This document shows, in pieces, positions 41,860 through 50,997 of a stretch of 64,000 bases of DNA. The notes beneath the pieces were generated by a model. That model had not been told where the DNA came from and did no database searches. It saw only the letters and a program-made list of their open reading frames with translations. The DNA lies in the UHGV virus genome UHGV-0117053. The stretch is one strand, 5' to 3'. This DNA is from a virus. The position numbers were made by a program, and so were the translations under genes. The number at the start of each line of letters is the position of its first letter. Positions within the stretch are counted from its first letter, which is position 1.

Positions 41860-42861
41860 ATGTCAAAGAAAAACAGACCAACAATTGGGCGAACCCTTAA
41901 TCCTTCAATATTAAGCGGATTTGATAGTTCTTCAGCCTCTGGCGATCGAGTCGAGCAGGTATTCAAGTTATCAACTGGTCGCCAGGCCACATTTATTGAA
42001 GAGGTAATACCTCCGAACCAGGTAGAAAGCGATACCTTTGTTGATCAGCATAACAACGGGCGTGACCAGGCATCTCTTACGCCAAAATCATTAAAAAGTA
42101 TCCGAAGCACTATTAAGCATCAGCAATTTTACCCTGCAATAGGTGTTAGACGGGCTACAGGGAAAATTGAAATTTTGGATGGTTCCCGGCGTCGAGCTTC
42201 TGCCATCTTAGAGAACGTAGGGTTGCGGGTTTTAGTCACGGACCAGGAGATCAGCGTTCAGGAAGCGCAAAATTTAGCGAAAGACGTTCAGACAGCATTG
42301 CAGCACAGCATTCGAGAAATAGGTCTGCGTTTGATGCGAATGAAAAATGATGGGATGAGTCAGAAGGATATTGCAGCCAAAGAAGGGCTGTCTCAGGCGA
42401 AGGTCACGCGTGCTCTCCAGGCAGCGAGTGCTCCGGAAGAATTAGTCGCCCTTTTCCCTGTGCAGTCGGAATTAACCTTTTCGGACTACAAAACGCTTTG
42501 TGCTGTTGGCGACGAAATGGGGAACAAGAATTTAGAGTTTGATCAGCTTATTCAAAACATATCCCCGGAAATAAACGACATCTTATCCATTGAAGAAATG
42601 GCCGAAGATGAAGTTAAAAATAAAATCCTGCGCTTGATAACAAAGGAAGCCTCACTACTCACGGATAAAGGTTCTAAAGATAAGTCCGTAGTTACTGAAT
42701 TATGGAAATTTGAGGACAAGGATCGCTTTGCAAGGAAGCGCGTGAAAGGCCGTGCATTTTCTTATGAGTTTAATCGACTTTCAAAAGAGCTACAGGAAGA
42801 ACTCGACAGGATGATTGGGCATATCCTTAGAAAGAGCCTCGATAAAAAGCCGAAGCCTTAA
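41860..42861 (+). CDS. parB: Centromere-binding protein ParB (333 aa)
   Basis: MSKKNRPTIGRTLNPSILSGFDSS... matches P1 ParB as I recall it; ParB-type HTH. Confidence 0.95.
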   Translation: MSKKNRPTIGRTLNPSILSGFDSSSASGDRVEQVFKLSTGRQATFIEEVIPPNQVESDTFVDQHNNGRDQASLTPKSLKSIRSTIKHQQFYPAIGVRRATGKIEILDGSRRRASAILENVGLRVLVTDQEISVQEAQNLAKDVQTALQHSIREIGLRLMRMKNDGMSQKDIAAKEGLSQAKVTRALQAASAPEELVALFPVQSELTFSDYKTLCAVGDEMGNKNLEFDQLIQNISPEINDILSIEEMAEDEVKNKILRLITKEASLLTDKGSKDKSVVTELWKFEDKDRFARKRVKGRAFSYEFNRLSKELQEELDRMIGHILRKSLDKKPKP

Positions 42862-42864
42862 ACT

Positions 42865-42950
42865 TTCGCCATTCAAATTTCACTATTAACCAACTGTTTT
42901 TAAAGTAAATCCATCTAAAATTTCAAGGTGAAATCGCCACGATTTCACCT
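42865..42950. other. parS: parS centromere
   Basis: Box-A heptamers ATTTCAC and box-B hexamers TCGCCA flank an AT-rich core (TCGCCATTCAAATTTCACTATTAAC...GTGAAATCGCCACGATTTCAC). Confidence 0.85.
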
Positions 42951-43014
42951 TGGATTTTACCTTCCTCCCCTACTCCCAAAAAAAATAAAAAAATTGCTTG
43001 TCACGAGAAAGTCA

Positions 43015-43035
43015 ACAAGTGACTTTCAATAAAAT
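43015..43035 (+). promoter_or_regulatory. Putative late promoter motif
   Basis: ACAAGTGACTTTCAATAAAAT; shares the TGACT...TAnAAT pattern with 22655 and 53877. Confidence 0.3.
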
Positions 43036-43086
43036 CTCTTCCGAAAAGGGATTCACACAAGTGCCTTGTGTTTAAGGAAGAGTAAA

Positions 43087-44793
43087 TTGAGTAACTTACG
43101 CGAATACCAGAATCGTATTGCAGATATCGCAAAACGCTCTAAAGCTGTGCTTGGCTGGGCAAGCACTGCGCAGTTCGGTACTGATAACCAATTCATTAAA
43201 GATGATGCCGCGCGTGCCGCATCTATCCTTGAAGCTGCACGTAAAGACCCGGTTTTTGCGGGTATCTCTGATAATGCCACCGCTCAAATCGCTACAGCGT
43301 GGGCAAGTGCACTGGCTGACTACGCCGCAGCACATAAATCTATGCCGCGTCCGGAAATTCTGGCCTCCTGCCACCAGACGCTGGAAAACTGCCTGATTGA
43401 GTCCACCCGCAATAGCATGGATGCCACTAATAAAGCGATGCTGGAATCCGTCGCAGCAGAGATGATGAGCGTTTCTGACGGTGTTATGCGTCTGCCTTTA
43501 TTCCTCGCGATGATCCTGCCTGTTCAGTTGGGGGCAGCTACCGCTGATGCGTGTACCTTCATTCCGGTTACGCGTGACCAGTCCGACATCTATGAAGTCT
43601 TTAACGTGGCAGGTTCCTCTTTTGGTTCTTATGCTGCTGGTGATGTTCTGGACATGCAATCCGTCGGTGTGTACAGCCAGTTACGCCGCCGCTATGTGCT
43701 GGTGGCAAGCTCCGATGGCACCAGCAAAACCGCAACCTTCAAGATGGAAGACTTCGAAGGCCAGAATGTACCAATCCGAAAAGGTCGCACTAATATCTAC
43801 GTTAACCGTATTAAGTCTGTTGTTGATAACGGTTCCGGCAGCCTACTTCACTCGTTTACTAATGCTGCTGGTGAGCAAATCACTGTTACCTGCTCTCTGA
43901 ACTACAACATTGGTCAGATTGCCCTGTCGTTCTCCAAAGCGCCGGATAAAGGCACTGAGATCGCAATTGAGACGGAAATCAATATTGAAGCCGCTCCTGA
44001 GCTGATCCCGCTGATCAACCACGAAATGAAGAAATACACCCTGTTCCCAAGCCAGTTCGTTATCGCGGCTGAGCACACGGTACAGGCGGCGTATGAAGCA
44101 CAGCGTGAATTTGGTCTGGACCTGGGTTCCCTACAGTTCCGCACCCTGAAGGAATACCTGTCTCATGAACAGGATATGCTGCGTCTTCGCATCATGATCT
44201 GGCGTACTCTTGCGACCGACACCTTTGACATCGCTCTGCCGGTTAACCAGTCCTTTGATGTATGGGCAACCATCATTCGTGGCAAATTCCAGACTGTATA
44301 TCGCGACATTATTGAGCGAGTTAAATCTTCTGGTGCGATGGGGATGTTTGCTGGTGCTGATGCAGCATCTTTCTTCAAACAGTTGCCGAAGGATTTCTTC
44401 CAGCCAGCCGAAGACTATATCCAGACTCCGTATGTTCACTACATCGGTACCCTGTTCGGTAACGTGAAAGTGTACGAAGTACCTGCTGGTATTTGTAAGA
44501 ACTTAACGACAGAGAACATTCAGTTCAGCTCGATGGATGTGCTGTGCTACGTCCGTGATGAAAATCCGGGTAAAGCAGGCTTCGTGACTGGTGATGCTGT
44601 CCCGGCTATCCCGTTCCAGCATCCGACCACTCCGGCGCTGGTCAACCGTACCACACTGTGGGGTTCGGCTATCAACGATATGCACCCACGCAACGGCGCT
44701 GATTACTTCACTCGTGTAACGCTGACAATGGCCAAAAAAGGCGGGCTTAACTTCATTAGCGGCGACACGATTGATGCCGGTGACTCTGAGTAA
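43087..44793 (+). CDS. Large structural protein (about 568 aa), possible major head protein
   Basis: Track ORF with a likely TTG start after AGGAAG; directly precedes the sheath gene; identity not established. Confidence 0.45.
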   Translation: MSNLREYQNRIADIAKRSKAVLGWASTAQFGTDNQFIKDDAARAASILEAARKDPVFAGISDNATAQIATAWASALADYAAAHKSMPRPEILASCHQTLENCLIESTRNSMDATNKAMLESVAAEMMSVSDGVMRLPLFLAMILPVQLGAATADACTFIPVTRDQSDIYEVFNVAGSSFGSYAAGDVLDMQSVGVYSQLRRRYVLVASSDGTSKTATFKMEDFEGQNVPIRKGRTNIYVNRIKSVVDNGSGSLLHSFTNAAGEQITVTCSLNYNIGQIALSFSKAPDKGTEIAIETEINIEAAPELIPLINHEMKKYTLFPSQFVIAAEHTVQAAYEAQREFGLDLGSLQFRTLKEYLSHEQDMLRLRIMIWRTLATDTFDIALPVNQSFDVWATIIRGKFQTVYRDIIERVKSSGAMGMFAGADAASFFKQLPKDFFQPAEDYIQTPYVHYIGTLFGNVKVYEVPAGICKNLTTENIQFSSMDVLCYVRDENPGKAGFVTGDAVPAIPFQHPTTPALVNRTTLWGSAINDMHPRNGADYFTRVTLTMAKKGGLNFISGDTIDAGDSE

Positions 44794-44853
44794 TCAGGGG
44801 AAGTTCTCCGTTTAACATAGCGCCCCCGTGCGGGGCGCATAACAGGGAAAGTT

Positions 44854-46443
44854 ATGTCTCAATATTCAATTCAACAGTCATTAGGTAATGCATCCGGCGT
44901 CGCGGTTAGCCCGATCAATGCCGATGCGACGTTATCTACCGGTGTTGCATTAAATAGCAGCTTGTGGGCTGGTATTGGCGTATTTGCGCGTGGCAAGCCG
45001 TTTACTGTTCTTGCGGTTACTGAGTCCAATTACGAAGATGTTCTCGGCGAACCGCTGAAGCCGTCTTCCGGCTCACAGTTCGAACCAATTCGCCATGTAT
45101 ACGAAGCTATTCAGCAAACATCTGGTTATGTTGTTCGCGCTGTTCCGGATGATGCGAAGTTCCCGATTATTATGTTCGATGAATCAGGCGAACCGGCTTA
45201 CAGTGCGTTGCCATACGGTTCTGAAATTGAACTTGATAGTGGCGAAGCCTTTGCTATCTACGTTGATGATGGTGATCCGTGTATTTCACCTACCCGTGAG
45301 TTAACCATCGAAACGGCAACAGCGGACAGCGCGGGTAATGAACGCTTCCTCTTAAAACTGACCCAGACGACTTCGCTCGGCGTGGTAACGACCCTGGAGA
45401 CACACACTGTGTCTTTGGCGGAAGAAGCGAAAGATGACATGGGCCGCTTGTGTTATCTGCCTACGGCTCTGGAAGCCCGTTCTAAATATCTGCGCGCGGT
45501 TGTTAATGAAGAGCTGATTTCGACAGCGAAAGTAACAAACAAAAAATCGTTGGCGTTCACTGGCGGTACCAACGGCGATCAGTCGAAAATCTCAACCGCT
45601 GCGTACCTGCGTGCGGTGAAAGTGCTGAACAATGCGCCGTACATGTACACCGCTGTTCTCGGCCTGGGGTGCTATGACAATGCGGCGATCACTGCGTTAG
45701 GTAATATCTGTTCTGATCGCCTGATTGATGGCTTCTTTGATGTCAAACCGACATTGACGTACACGGAAGCGATCTCTGCTGTTGAAGATACCGGTTTACT
45801 TGGTACCGATTATGTAAGCTGTGCTGTCTATCATTTCCCGTTCTCCTGCAAAGACAAATGGACCCAATCCCGCGTGGTCTTCGGTCTGTCTGGCGCGGCG
45901 TATGCGGCGAAAGCTCGTGGCGTCAAGAAAAACTCCGATGTCGGTGGTTGGCATTACTCACCGGCTGGTGAAGAACGTGCCGTCATAGCTCGTGCATCAC
46001 TTCAGCCGCTGTATCCTGAAGACACCCCGGACGAAGAAGCTATGGTCAAGGGCCGACTCAATAAAGTATCTGTAGGTACTTCGGGCCAGATGATCATCGA
46101 TGATGCTTTAACTTGCTGCACGCAGGACAACTATCTGCATTTCCAGCACGTCCCATCCCTGATGAACGCAATCAGCCGTTTCTTTGTCCAGTTAGCCCGA
46201 CAGATGAAGCATAACCCGGACGGCATTACTGAGTCTGGCCTGACTAAAGGGATGACCAAACTTTTGGATCGCTTTGTCGCCTCCGGCGCTCTGGTGGCTC
46301 CTCGTGATCCTGATGCTGACGGTACAGAACCGTATGTGCTGAAAGTTACGCAGGCGGAATTCGATAAATGGGAAGTAGTCTGGGCCTGCTGCCCGACTGG
46401 CGTAGCCCGTCGTATCCAGGGCGTACCGCTGCTTATTAAGTAA
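44854..46443 (+). CDS. Contractile tail sheath protein (529 aa)
   Basis: Size, position before the tube-like gene and the C-terminal sheath core (GVARRIQGVPLLIK). Confidence 0.8.
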   Translation: MSQYSIQQSLGNASGVAVSPINADATLSTGVALNSSLWAGIGVFARGKPFTVLAVTESNYEDVLGEPLKPSSGSQFEPIRHVYEAIQQTSGYVVRAVPDDAKFPIIMFDESGEPAYSALPYGSEIELDSGEAFAIYVDDGDPCISPTRELTIETATADSAGNERFLLKLTQTTSLGVVTTLETHTVSLAEEAKDDMGRLCYLPTALEARSKYLRAVVNEELISTAKVTNKKSLAFTGGTNGDQSKISTAAYLRAVKVLNNAPYMYTAVLGLGCYDNAAITALGNICSDRLIDGFFDVKPTLTYTEAISAVEDTGLLGTDYVSCAVYHFPFSCKDKWTQSRVVFGLSGAAYAAKARGVKKNSDVGGWHYSPAGEERAVIARASLQPLYPEDTPDEEAMVKGRLNKVSVGTSGQMIIDDALTCCTQDNYLHFQHVPSLMNAISRFFVQLARQMKHNPDGITESGLTKGMTKLLDRFVASGALVAPRDPDADGTEPYVLKVTQAEFDKWEVVWACCPTGVARRIQGVPLLIK

Positions 46444-46452
46444 GGAAATACA

Positions 46453-47268
46453 ATGAGCAAAAACTTTTTTCAATCTGGGGCATTTTTGGGGAATGGACTG
46501 TCTCGTTTCGCTTTGAACTCTGATCCTGTGCAGTTGATGGAGTCTGCCCGAGCAAGCGCCGAACCGACAACAGATCCGGTTATTAATAATAATCCGAAAC
46601 CGGCGGCACAGACTAACGATAACGTTCCATCTGCCACGGCTCCTGAGCAAATCCTGGAAGGGAAAGACGGTAAAGAATGGACCGTCGAACAGGCGCACCA
46701 GATGATTCTGGAAGCTGCAAATCGAAGTGCTATGCAGAATGCGTTGAGTGATGCGGCCGACGCCGTTTTCGCCTGGGCTGATAGCGGTGATCTGACTTTC
46801 GACTCCCTTGATGGTTTCGTTCAGGCTATCGCTGGTATCTCTGATGACGACGACTCCGAAGTTACAGAAGAACAGGACGATGCCTATAACGAAGCATGGG
46901 CAAATGTTGCTGACTTCCTCGCAGCATGCGGTGTAGATGATGACCTGATCGAAGCACTGGCTGATGATGAAGACGACGACGCAGCTGCTGATGTTGGTGC
47001 CTCTATCGCTGGTTTAGATAGCGACGACCGTGACGAACTGGAAGCAGCGTTTGTTGTTGCTGGCACTTCTGATGAAATGCTGACTGAAGCATTTAAGAAG
47101 GTTGTTCGTAACGGTGAGATCAAACTCATCCGTAAACGCCTGCGTAAAAAACGTCTGACTGCGGCTCAAAAATCGGCGCTGAAAAAAGCGCGTCGAAAAG
47201 CCCAGACCGGCGCGGCAAAACTTGCCCGCAAAAAGTCAATGAAACTGCGCCGTAAGCGCCTTGGCTAA
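46453..47268 (+). CDS. Acidic protein with a poly-basic C-terminal tail (271 aa)
   Basis: Asp/Glu runs (DDDDSEVTEEQDD, DDEDDDAAAD) then KRLRKKRLTAAQKSALKKARRK...RRKRLG. Confidence 0.5.
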   Translation: MSKNFFQSGAFLGNGLSRFALNSDPVQLMESARASAEPTTDPVINNNPKPAAQTNDNVPSATAPEQILEGKDGKEWTVEQAHQMILEAANRSAMQNALSDAADAVFAWADSGDLTFDSLDGFVQAIAGISDDDDSEVTEEQDDAYNEAWANVADFLAACGVDDDLIEALADDEDDDAAADVGASIAGLDSDDRDELEAAFVVAGTSDEMLTEAFKKVVRNGEIKLIRKRLRKKRLTAAQKSALKKARRKAQTGAAKLARKKSMKLRRKRLG

Positions 47269-47303
47269 AGGAGGAGGCCGGAGAACTCCGGCCTTTAACT
47301 TGA

Positions 47304-47885
47304 ATGGCACCTATACCTTATGGGGTTTACAGCCAGGCTGACGGTGTATCGCCATTTCTGAAAGTTACTTTAACGAACTCTCAGTACCAGGTTACCGGAT
47401 ATATCAGCCAGGGGGCGGCAATGAACATGGCCCAGAATTGGGAAGCGCCGTTTACCGGTATGTCCATGGGATCTGTTGCTGGTGCCTTCAGTGGTTTTGC
47501 GCAGGTTGGTACTGAAACAACGTCGGTTGCCCGTTGGAACAGCTTAATGGTTTGGGAAGGGGGAACACCGCCGACTTTCACGCTGCCAGTAACTTTCATC
47601 GCTTTGTTTGACCCATTCACGGAGGTTTCAGGAGCTATCGCCGCATTGTCAGCGATGATTAGCCCGGAACTTAAAGATGCCAGTATTGGTGGTCGAATCC
47701 CGGAGCGCGTGACGCTAAACATTGGTCGCCGGATCAACATCATTGATGTCGCTATCCAGGACATAAGTTTCGATCTCGATGCGCCCAGGGACAGCAATGG
47801 GCATTTCCTGAAAAACACCGTCAACCTCCAGTTGACCGGTTCTTCGATATATAACAGCTCCGATATTGTTCGGGCGTTCCAGTAA
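47304..47885 (+). CDS. Tail-associated protein (193 aa)
   Basis: Track ORF between the sheath and tube-like genes. Confidence 0.5.
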   Translation: MAPIPYGVYSQADGVSPFLKVTLTNSQYQVTGYISQGAAMNMAQNWEAPFTGMSMGSVAGAFSGFAQVGTETTSVARWNSLMVWEGGTPPTFTLPVTFIALFDPFTEVSGAIAALSAMISPELKDASIGGRIPERVTLNIGRRINIIDVAIQDISFDLDAPRDSNGHFLKNTVNLQLTGSSIYNSSDIVRAFQ

Positions 47886-47896
47886 AAGGATTTTAT

Positions 47897-48406
47897 ATGG
47901 GGCACAATAACACTAAGGGAAACCGTAAATTTATTAAGGGCCGCTATACTGCCAACGCGGCCAAAGGCGAACGACTGGTATCTTCTGAATTCCAGCTCAC
48001 TTTTGCAGGCCATGAAGATATCAGCGTACTGGTTCGCACGTCGCAAATTCCTGAAATGACCCGCGAGGATGTGGAGGACTATGGTCCGAATGGTGTGAAG
48101 TTCAACCAGCACGGTCCAATTCGAAACTCTGGGGAAATCCAGGTCCAGTGCGTGGAGACTATCGAAGGCGATATTCTTCAGTTCATTAAAGATCGCATTG
48201 CGGCGAAGGACTATGTTGATATCACGATGGCTGCGACCCCTGAATCCAAATCTTCCGGGGTTAACGCTGTGACTAAAGCTGCTACAACAATTGAAATGTT
48301 GGACTGCAAAATCTACAGTGATGCAATCGACTTTAGTACCGAAGATGTGACTGCCGCTGTGCGCCCGTCACTTCGTATCGTCTACAACTGGATTGAGTGG
48401 GATTAA
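47897..48406 (+). CDS. Tail tube-like protein (169 aa)
   Basis: Size and C-terminal LRIVYNWIEWD resemble T4 gp19-type tubes; follows the sheath. Confidence 0.6.
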   Translation: MGHNNTKGNRKFIKGRYTANAAKGERLVSSEFQLTFAGHEDISVLVRTSQIPEMTREDVEDYGPNGVKFNQHGPIRNSGEIQVQCVETIEGDILQFIKDRIAAKDYVDITMAATPESKSSGVNAVTKAATTIEMLDCKIYSDAIDFSTEDVTAAVRPSLRIVYNWIEWD

Positions 48407-48424
48407 GAGTCATCCCTTGTATTT

Positions 48425-48452
48425 TAAAGCTCCTTCGGGAGCTTTTTTATTT
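48425..48452 (+). terminator. Rho-independent terminator of the head/tail operon
   Basis: AAGCTCCTTCGGGAGCTT hairpin followed by TTTTATTT. Confidence 0.65.
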
Positions 48453-48522
48453 GGAGAGGAAAGGGTGCATTGAGGATACCTGACACACGAAGAGTGGCGG
48501 GGATCTCTCTCCGCCAGGTCTC

Positions 48523-48678
48523 TTACCTTTCAGATTCGTAGGCTGTGAAGACAGTGACCTCCGTCTGGCCGGTTCGGATTCGTACCTCGCAGAGGTCTTT
48601 CCTCGTTACCAGTGCCGTCACAATGACGGTTAAACAGATGACGATCAGAGCGATTAACATCGCTTTTTGCTGCTTCAT
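48523..48678 (-). CDS. hok: Hok/Gef-family type I toxin (51 aa)
   Basis: MKQQKAMLIALIVICLTVIVTALVTRKDLCEVRIRTGQTEVTVFTAYESER: Hok/Gef signature (LTRKxLCE, AYES); not in the track (under 60 aa). Confidence 0.8.
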   Translation of the reverse strand: MKQQKAMLIALIVICLTVIVTALVTRKDLCEVRIRTGQTEVTVFTAYESER

Positions 48679-48736
48679 AGCCTGCTTCTCCTTGACCTTT
48701 TGGTCGGTAAGAGGCTAATCTACGTATGCTAAGCAT
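48530..48736 (-). CDS. mok: mok-like overlapping reading frame (68 aa)
   Basis: Track ORF that starts upstream of hok and overlaps it out of frame, as mok does in hok/sok loci. Confidence 0.45.
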   Translation of the reverse strand: MLSIRRLASYRPKGQGEAGYEAAKSDVNRSDRHLFNRHCDGTGNEERPLRGTNPNRPDGGHCLHSLRI

Positions 48737-48861
48737 AGATATGGCCTCAGATTAATGTTAAGCGTCTTGCAGGACGCGTAATGTTATCTGGGGCTTTTCT
48801 CTATCTGCCTTTTGGTGTTCATGCCTGAGGCAGATAGCCTCAAGCACCCGCAACGATTGTA

Positions 48862-49107
48862 TCAATGTCTGGCTTTTTTTCTATAGAAATCACCTGGAAG
48901 GGTGAATATCCACATCAGAAGAAATGTTGCAGCAAACATGATCCCTAATGGCCAGACCGCGCCAAAGAAAATCCATACTAAGATCTCCTCTGCTCGTTCT
49001 TTGCGGTCGATATCGACAAGCATTTTTCGGCTGATCATGTATACACAGAAGCCAATACAAACATATCCTGCAAAAGCGATCGCTAACTGTAAAAAATCAG
49101 ATTGCAT
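48862..49107 (-). CDS. Small membrane protein downstream of repL (about 81 aa)
   Basis: Track ORF trimmed to the internal MQSDFLQ; two hydrophobic segments. Confidence 0.4.
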   Translation of the reverse strand: MQSDFLQLAIAFAGYVCIGFCVYMISRKMLVDIDRKERAEEILVWIFFGAVWPLGIMFAATFLLMWIFTLPGDFYRKKARH

Positions 49108-49157
49108 CTCCGACCTCAAACTGAAAACGCCAGGTGACTCCAGATTAGAGCAATCTA

Positions 49158-50003
49158 TCACCCTCTGAATCCTGCCGGTATACCCCATTGTTCGTTATCT
49201 TTATTTTTGGCTAAAACCGCATTAAGAGCTTCGTTTACCGTCATGCAATGCGGCAGATTATCGAAGTTTGATACCCCGCCAATATCAGGAGAACGCTTGT
49301 TCTTCAGGTAAGCATATTTCCGCGCTGCCGCCTCTACCTTCTGCTTGAACTCATGTTTTTGAGCGCGTTTTTTGGATAAACGCAGATTGTCGGCCTTTGC
49401 TTTTGCCCCAGCGATCCATGAAGTCAATTTTTTGAGTCTGCTCGTTCCGGCACCGCCGGAAACTGATCTTTTTGTTTTTTTAACTTGTGACTTCTTATTC
49501 TTTATTGCCACGTCATCCTGACAGGGGGAGGGGGTATCATTTTGACATGGGGGTGTGGATAAAAAATTAAATAAAGCCAATGTCTTAGCGAGAACAGCTT
49601 TAACCTTGGTTGCCGCTGAAGAGATCTTTAATTTGCTTTCAATCAGCGCATTTTTGGCTTGTTGTGCGAAGGCCAAAAAGGATGGTGTAAACCGGTACAG
49701 GTTAGCGCGACGTTCACGGTGATCGCCGATAACAATCTCTACAGATAGAATTCCTTTGTTTACAGCTTCACGGAATGCACGAACGACGGTTGATTGGCTA
49801 TAACCAGTTTCTGCCGCGATCAGGCGGTGAGGCTTGTGAATGAAGTATTCACTGGTTGTTGCCGCGAGATTTGCACATTGCGACAGGATATGCCCGGCGC
49901 TACGGGATATACCGGAGTGTGTTACAAAGCAGGCCAATTCATAGCCAGAAAAAGTAAAATCGCTCATCGTTATACAGCTCAGGAAAGTGACTTTAGCCAG
50001 CAT
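49158..50003 (-). CDS. repL: Lytic replicon initiator RepL-like (281 aa)
   Basis: 281-aa ORF immediately downstream of kilA with a basic C-terminal half; order kilA-repL as in P1. Confidence 0.7.
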   Translation of the reverse strand: MLAKVTFLSCITMSDFTFSGYELACFVTHSGISRSAGHILSQCANLAATTSEYFIHKPHRLIAAETGYSQSTVVRAFREAVNKGILSVEIVIGDHRERRANLYRFTPSFLAFAQQAKNALIESKLKISSAATKVKAVLAKTLALFNFLSTPPCQNDTPSPCQDDVAIKNKKSQVKKTKRSVSGGAGTSRLKKLTSWIAGAKAKADNLRLSKKRAQKHEFKQKVEAAARKYAYLKNKRSPDIGGVSNFDNLPHCMTVNEALNAVLAKNKDNEQWGIPAGFRG

Positions 50004-50032
50004 TACAATGCTGGTGGTTCTTACTACGTCTG

Positions 50033-50833
50033 TTAGCGCGTTGCCGCGACAGGTACCAGCACACCAGCATCAAGCAATCGCTTCATCAGCCACTGCTGAC
50101 CTTTGCCGGTTATACGAGTCGTGAAAGAAATCCTGCTTCCATTGCTTGTATCGATCACGGTTTCTTTAAGGGTGAAATACCCACGGGATATGTATTCTTG
50201 TTTGGGGACGTTCCTGCGTTCACCGGTTGCGATCAGAATTCCGTTATCACGCAACCAGGTGAAGAGATAGTTTTGGCCCAGGCCGAGCACTTTGGCATAG
50301 TTGCCGATTAGAACCCCGCTGGCGGTAGCAACGCGTTCGGCGAATTCGACTTTAGGTGCATCCATAAGCATTTTTTGCTCCAGCCGTTGCTTTTGCTCTG
50401 CCAGGTCGGCAGCCAAACGGAGAGCTTCAGGGAGACTCTGCGGAATAGCAGGTTGTAATCTTCCGGCTCGATAGTCGATAAATGTCTGGTTTACCTTCAG
50501 CCGAAACGCGGGAGAAATCCAGCCTGCGTACTCCACAGCGAGCAATTCATGGGCAAAAGTGCCGCCGCCACGGCCTTCGAACGAAACTATGCAATTCTGC
50601 ATAGTTTCTTTTTCAAGCTCTTCGATGAGCTGTTTTGCTGACAGCGTTCTTAGCCATTGAGCTGGCGCTTTATGGGCACCGAGTCCGCTCGCTCTGTGTA
50701 GAGCATTAAGGTTGTAACGGCCAGCGCGGTCGGTCGTAATTTCAACACCACAAATAACGGGCAGAGTGGTTGAAGGATCGACATTTTGATGAAGGTTTGA
50801 TATATTCATATCCGCATTGAATGTTTGTTGCAT
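50033..50833 (-). CDS. kilA: KilA (KilA-N domain with ANT-like C-terminal domain), 266 aa
   Basis: Preceded by a C1 operator; C-terminal half strongly similar to the Ant1 C-terminus. Confidence 0.85.
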   Translation of the reverse strand: MQQTFNADMNISNLHQNVDPSTTLPVICGVEITTDRAGRYNLNALHRASGLGAHKAPAQWLRTLSAKQLIEELEKETMQNCIVSFEGRGGGTFAHELLAVEYAGWISPAFRLKVNQTFIDYRAGRLQPAIPQSLPEALRLAADLAEQKQRLEQKMLMDAPKVEFAERVATASGVLIGNYAKVLGLGQNYLFTWLRDNGILIATGERRNVPKQEYISRGYFTLKETVIDTSNGSRISFTTRITGKGQQWLMKRLLDAGVLVPVAATR

Positions 50834-50902
50834 TTTTTCTCCAAATTTGCATCAACCTTCAATCACCAGCTCGAAATGGTGATTCTTTGCACTTAGAAAA
50901 CG

Positions 50903-50919
50903 AAATTTATTAGAGCAAA
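50903..50919 (-). promoter_or_regulatory. C1 operator-like site upstream of kilA-repL
   Basis: AAATTTATTAGAGCAAA, 16/17. Confidence 0.75.
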
Positions 50920-50997
50920 TTTTTCTGGCTCGATCCAGATCGGGTTGGACGATCTGCTCAGAAACCTGCCAGTTTGCTGGCAGGTTTTTTTCTTTTG

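Noticed and set aside
43087-44793. Considered calling this large ORF the portal or terminase
   Set aside because: Terminase is already accounted for by pacA/pacB and no ATPase or portal motifs were recognised; kept as a structural protein of uncertain identity, possibly the major head protein.
49138-49154. Possible additional C1 operator just downstream of repL
   Set aside because: Only the TTAGAGCAAT half matches (about 11/17); too weak to call without binding data.
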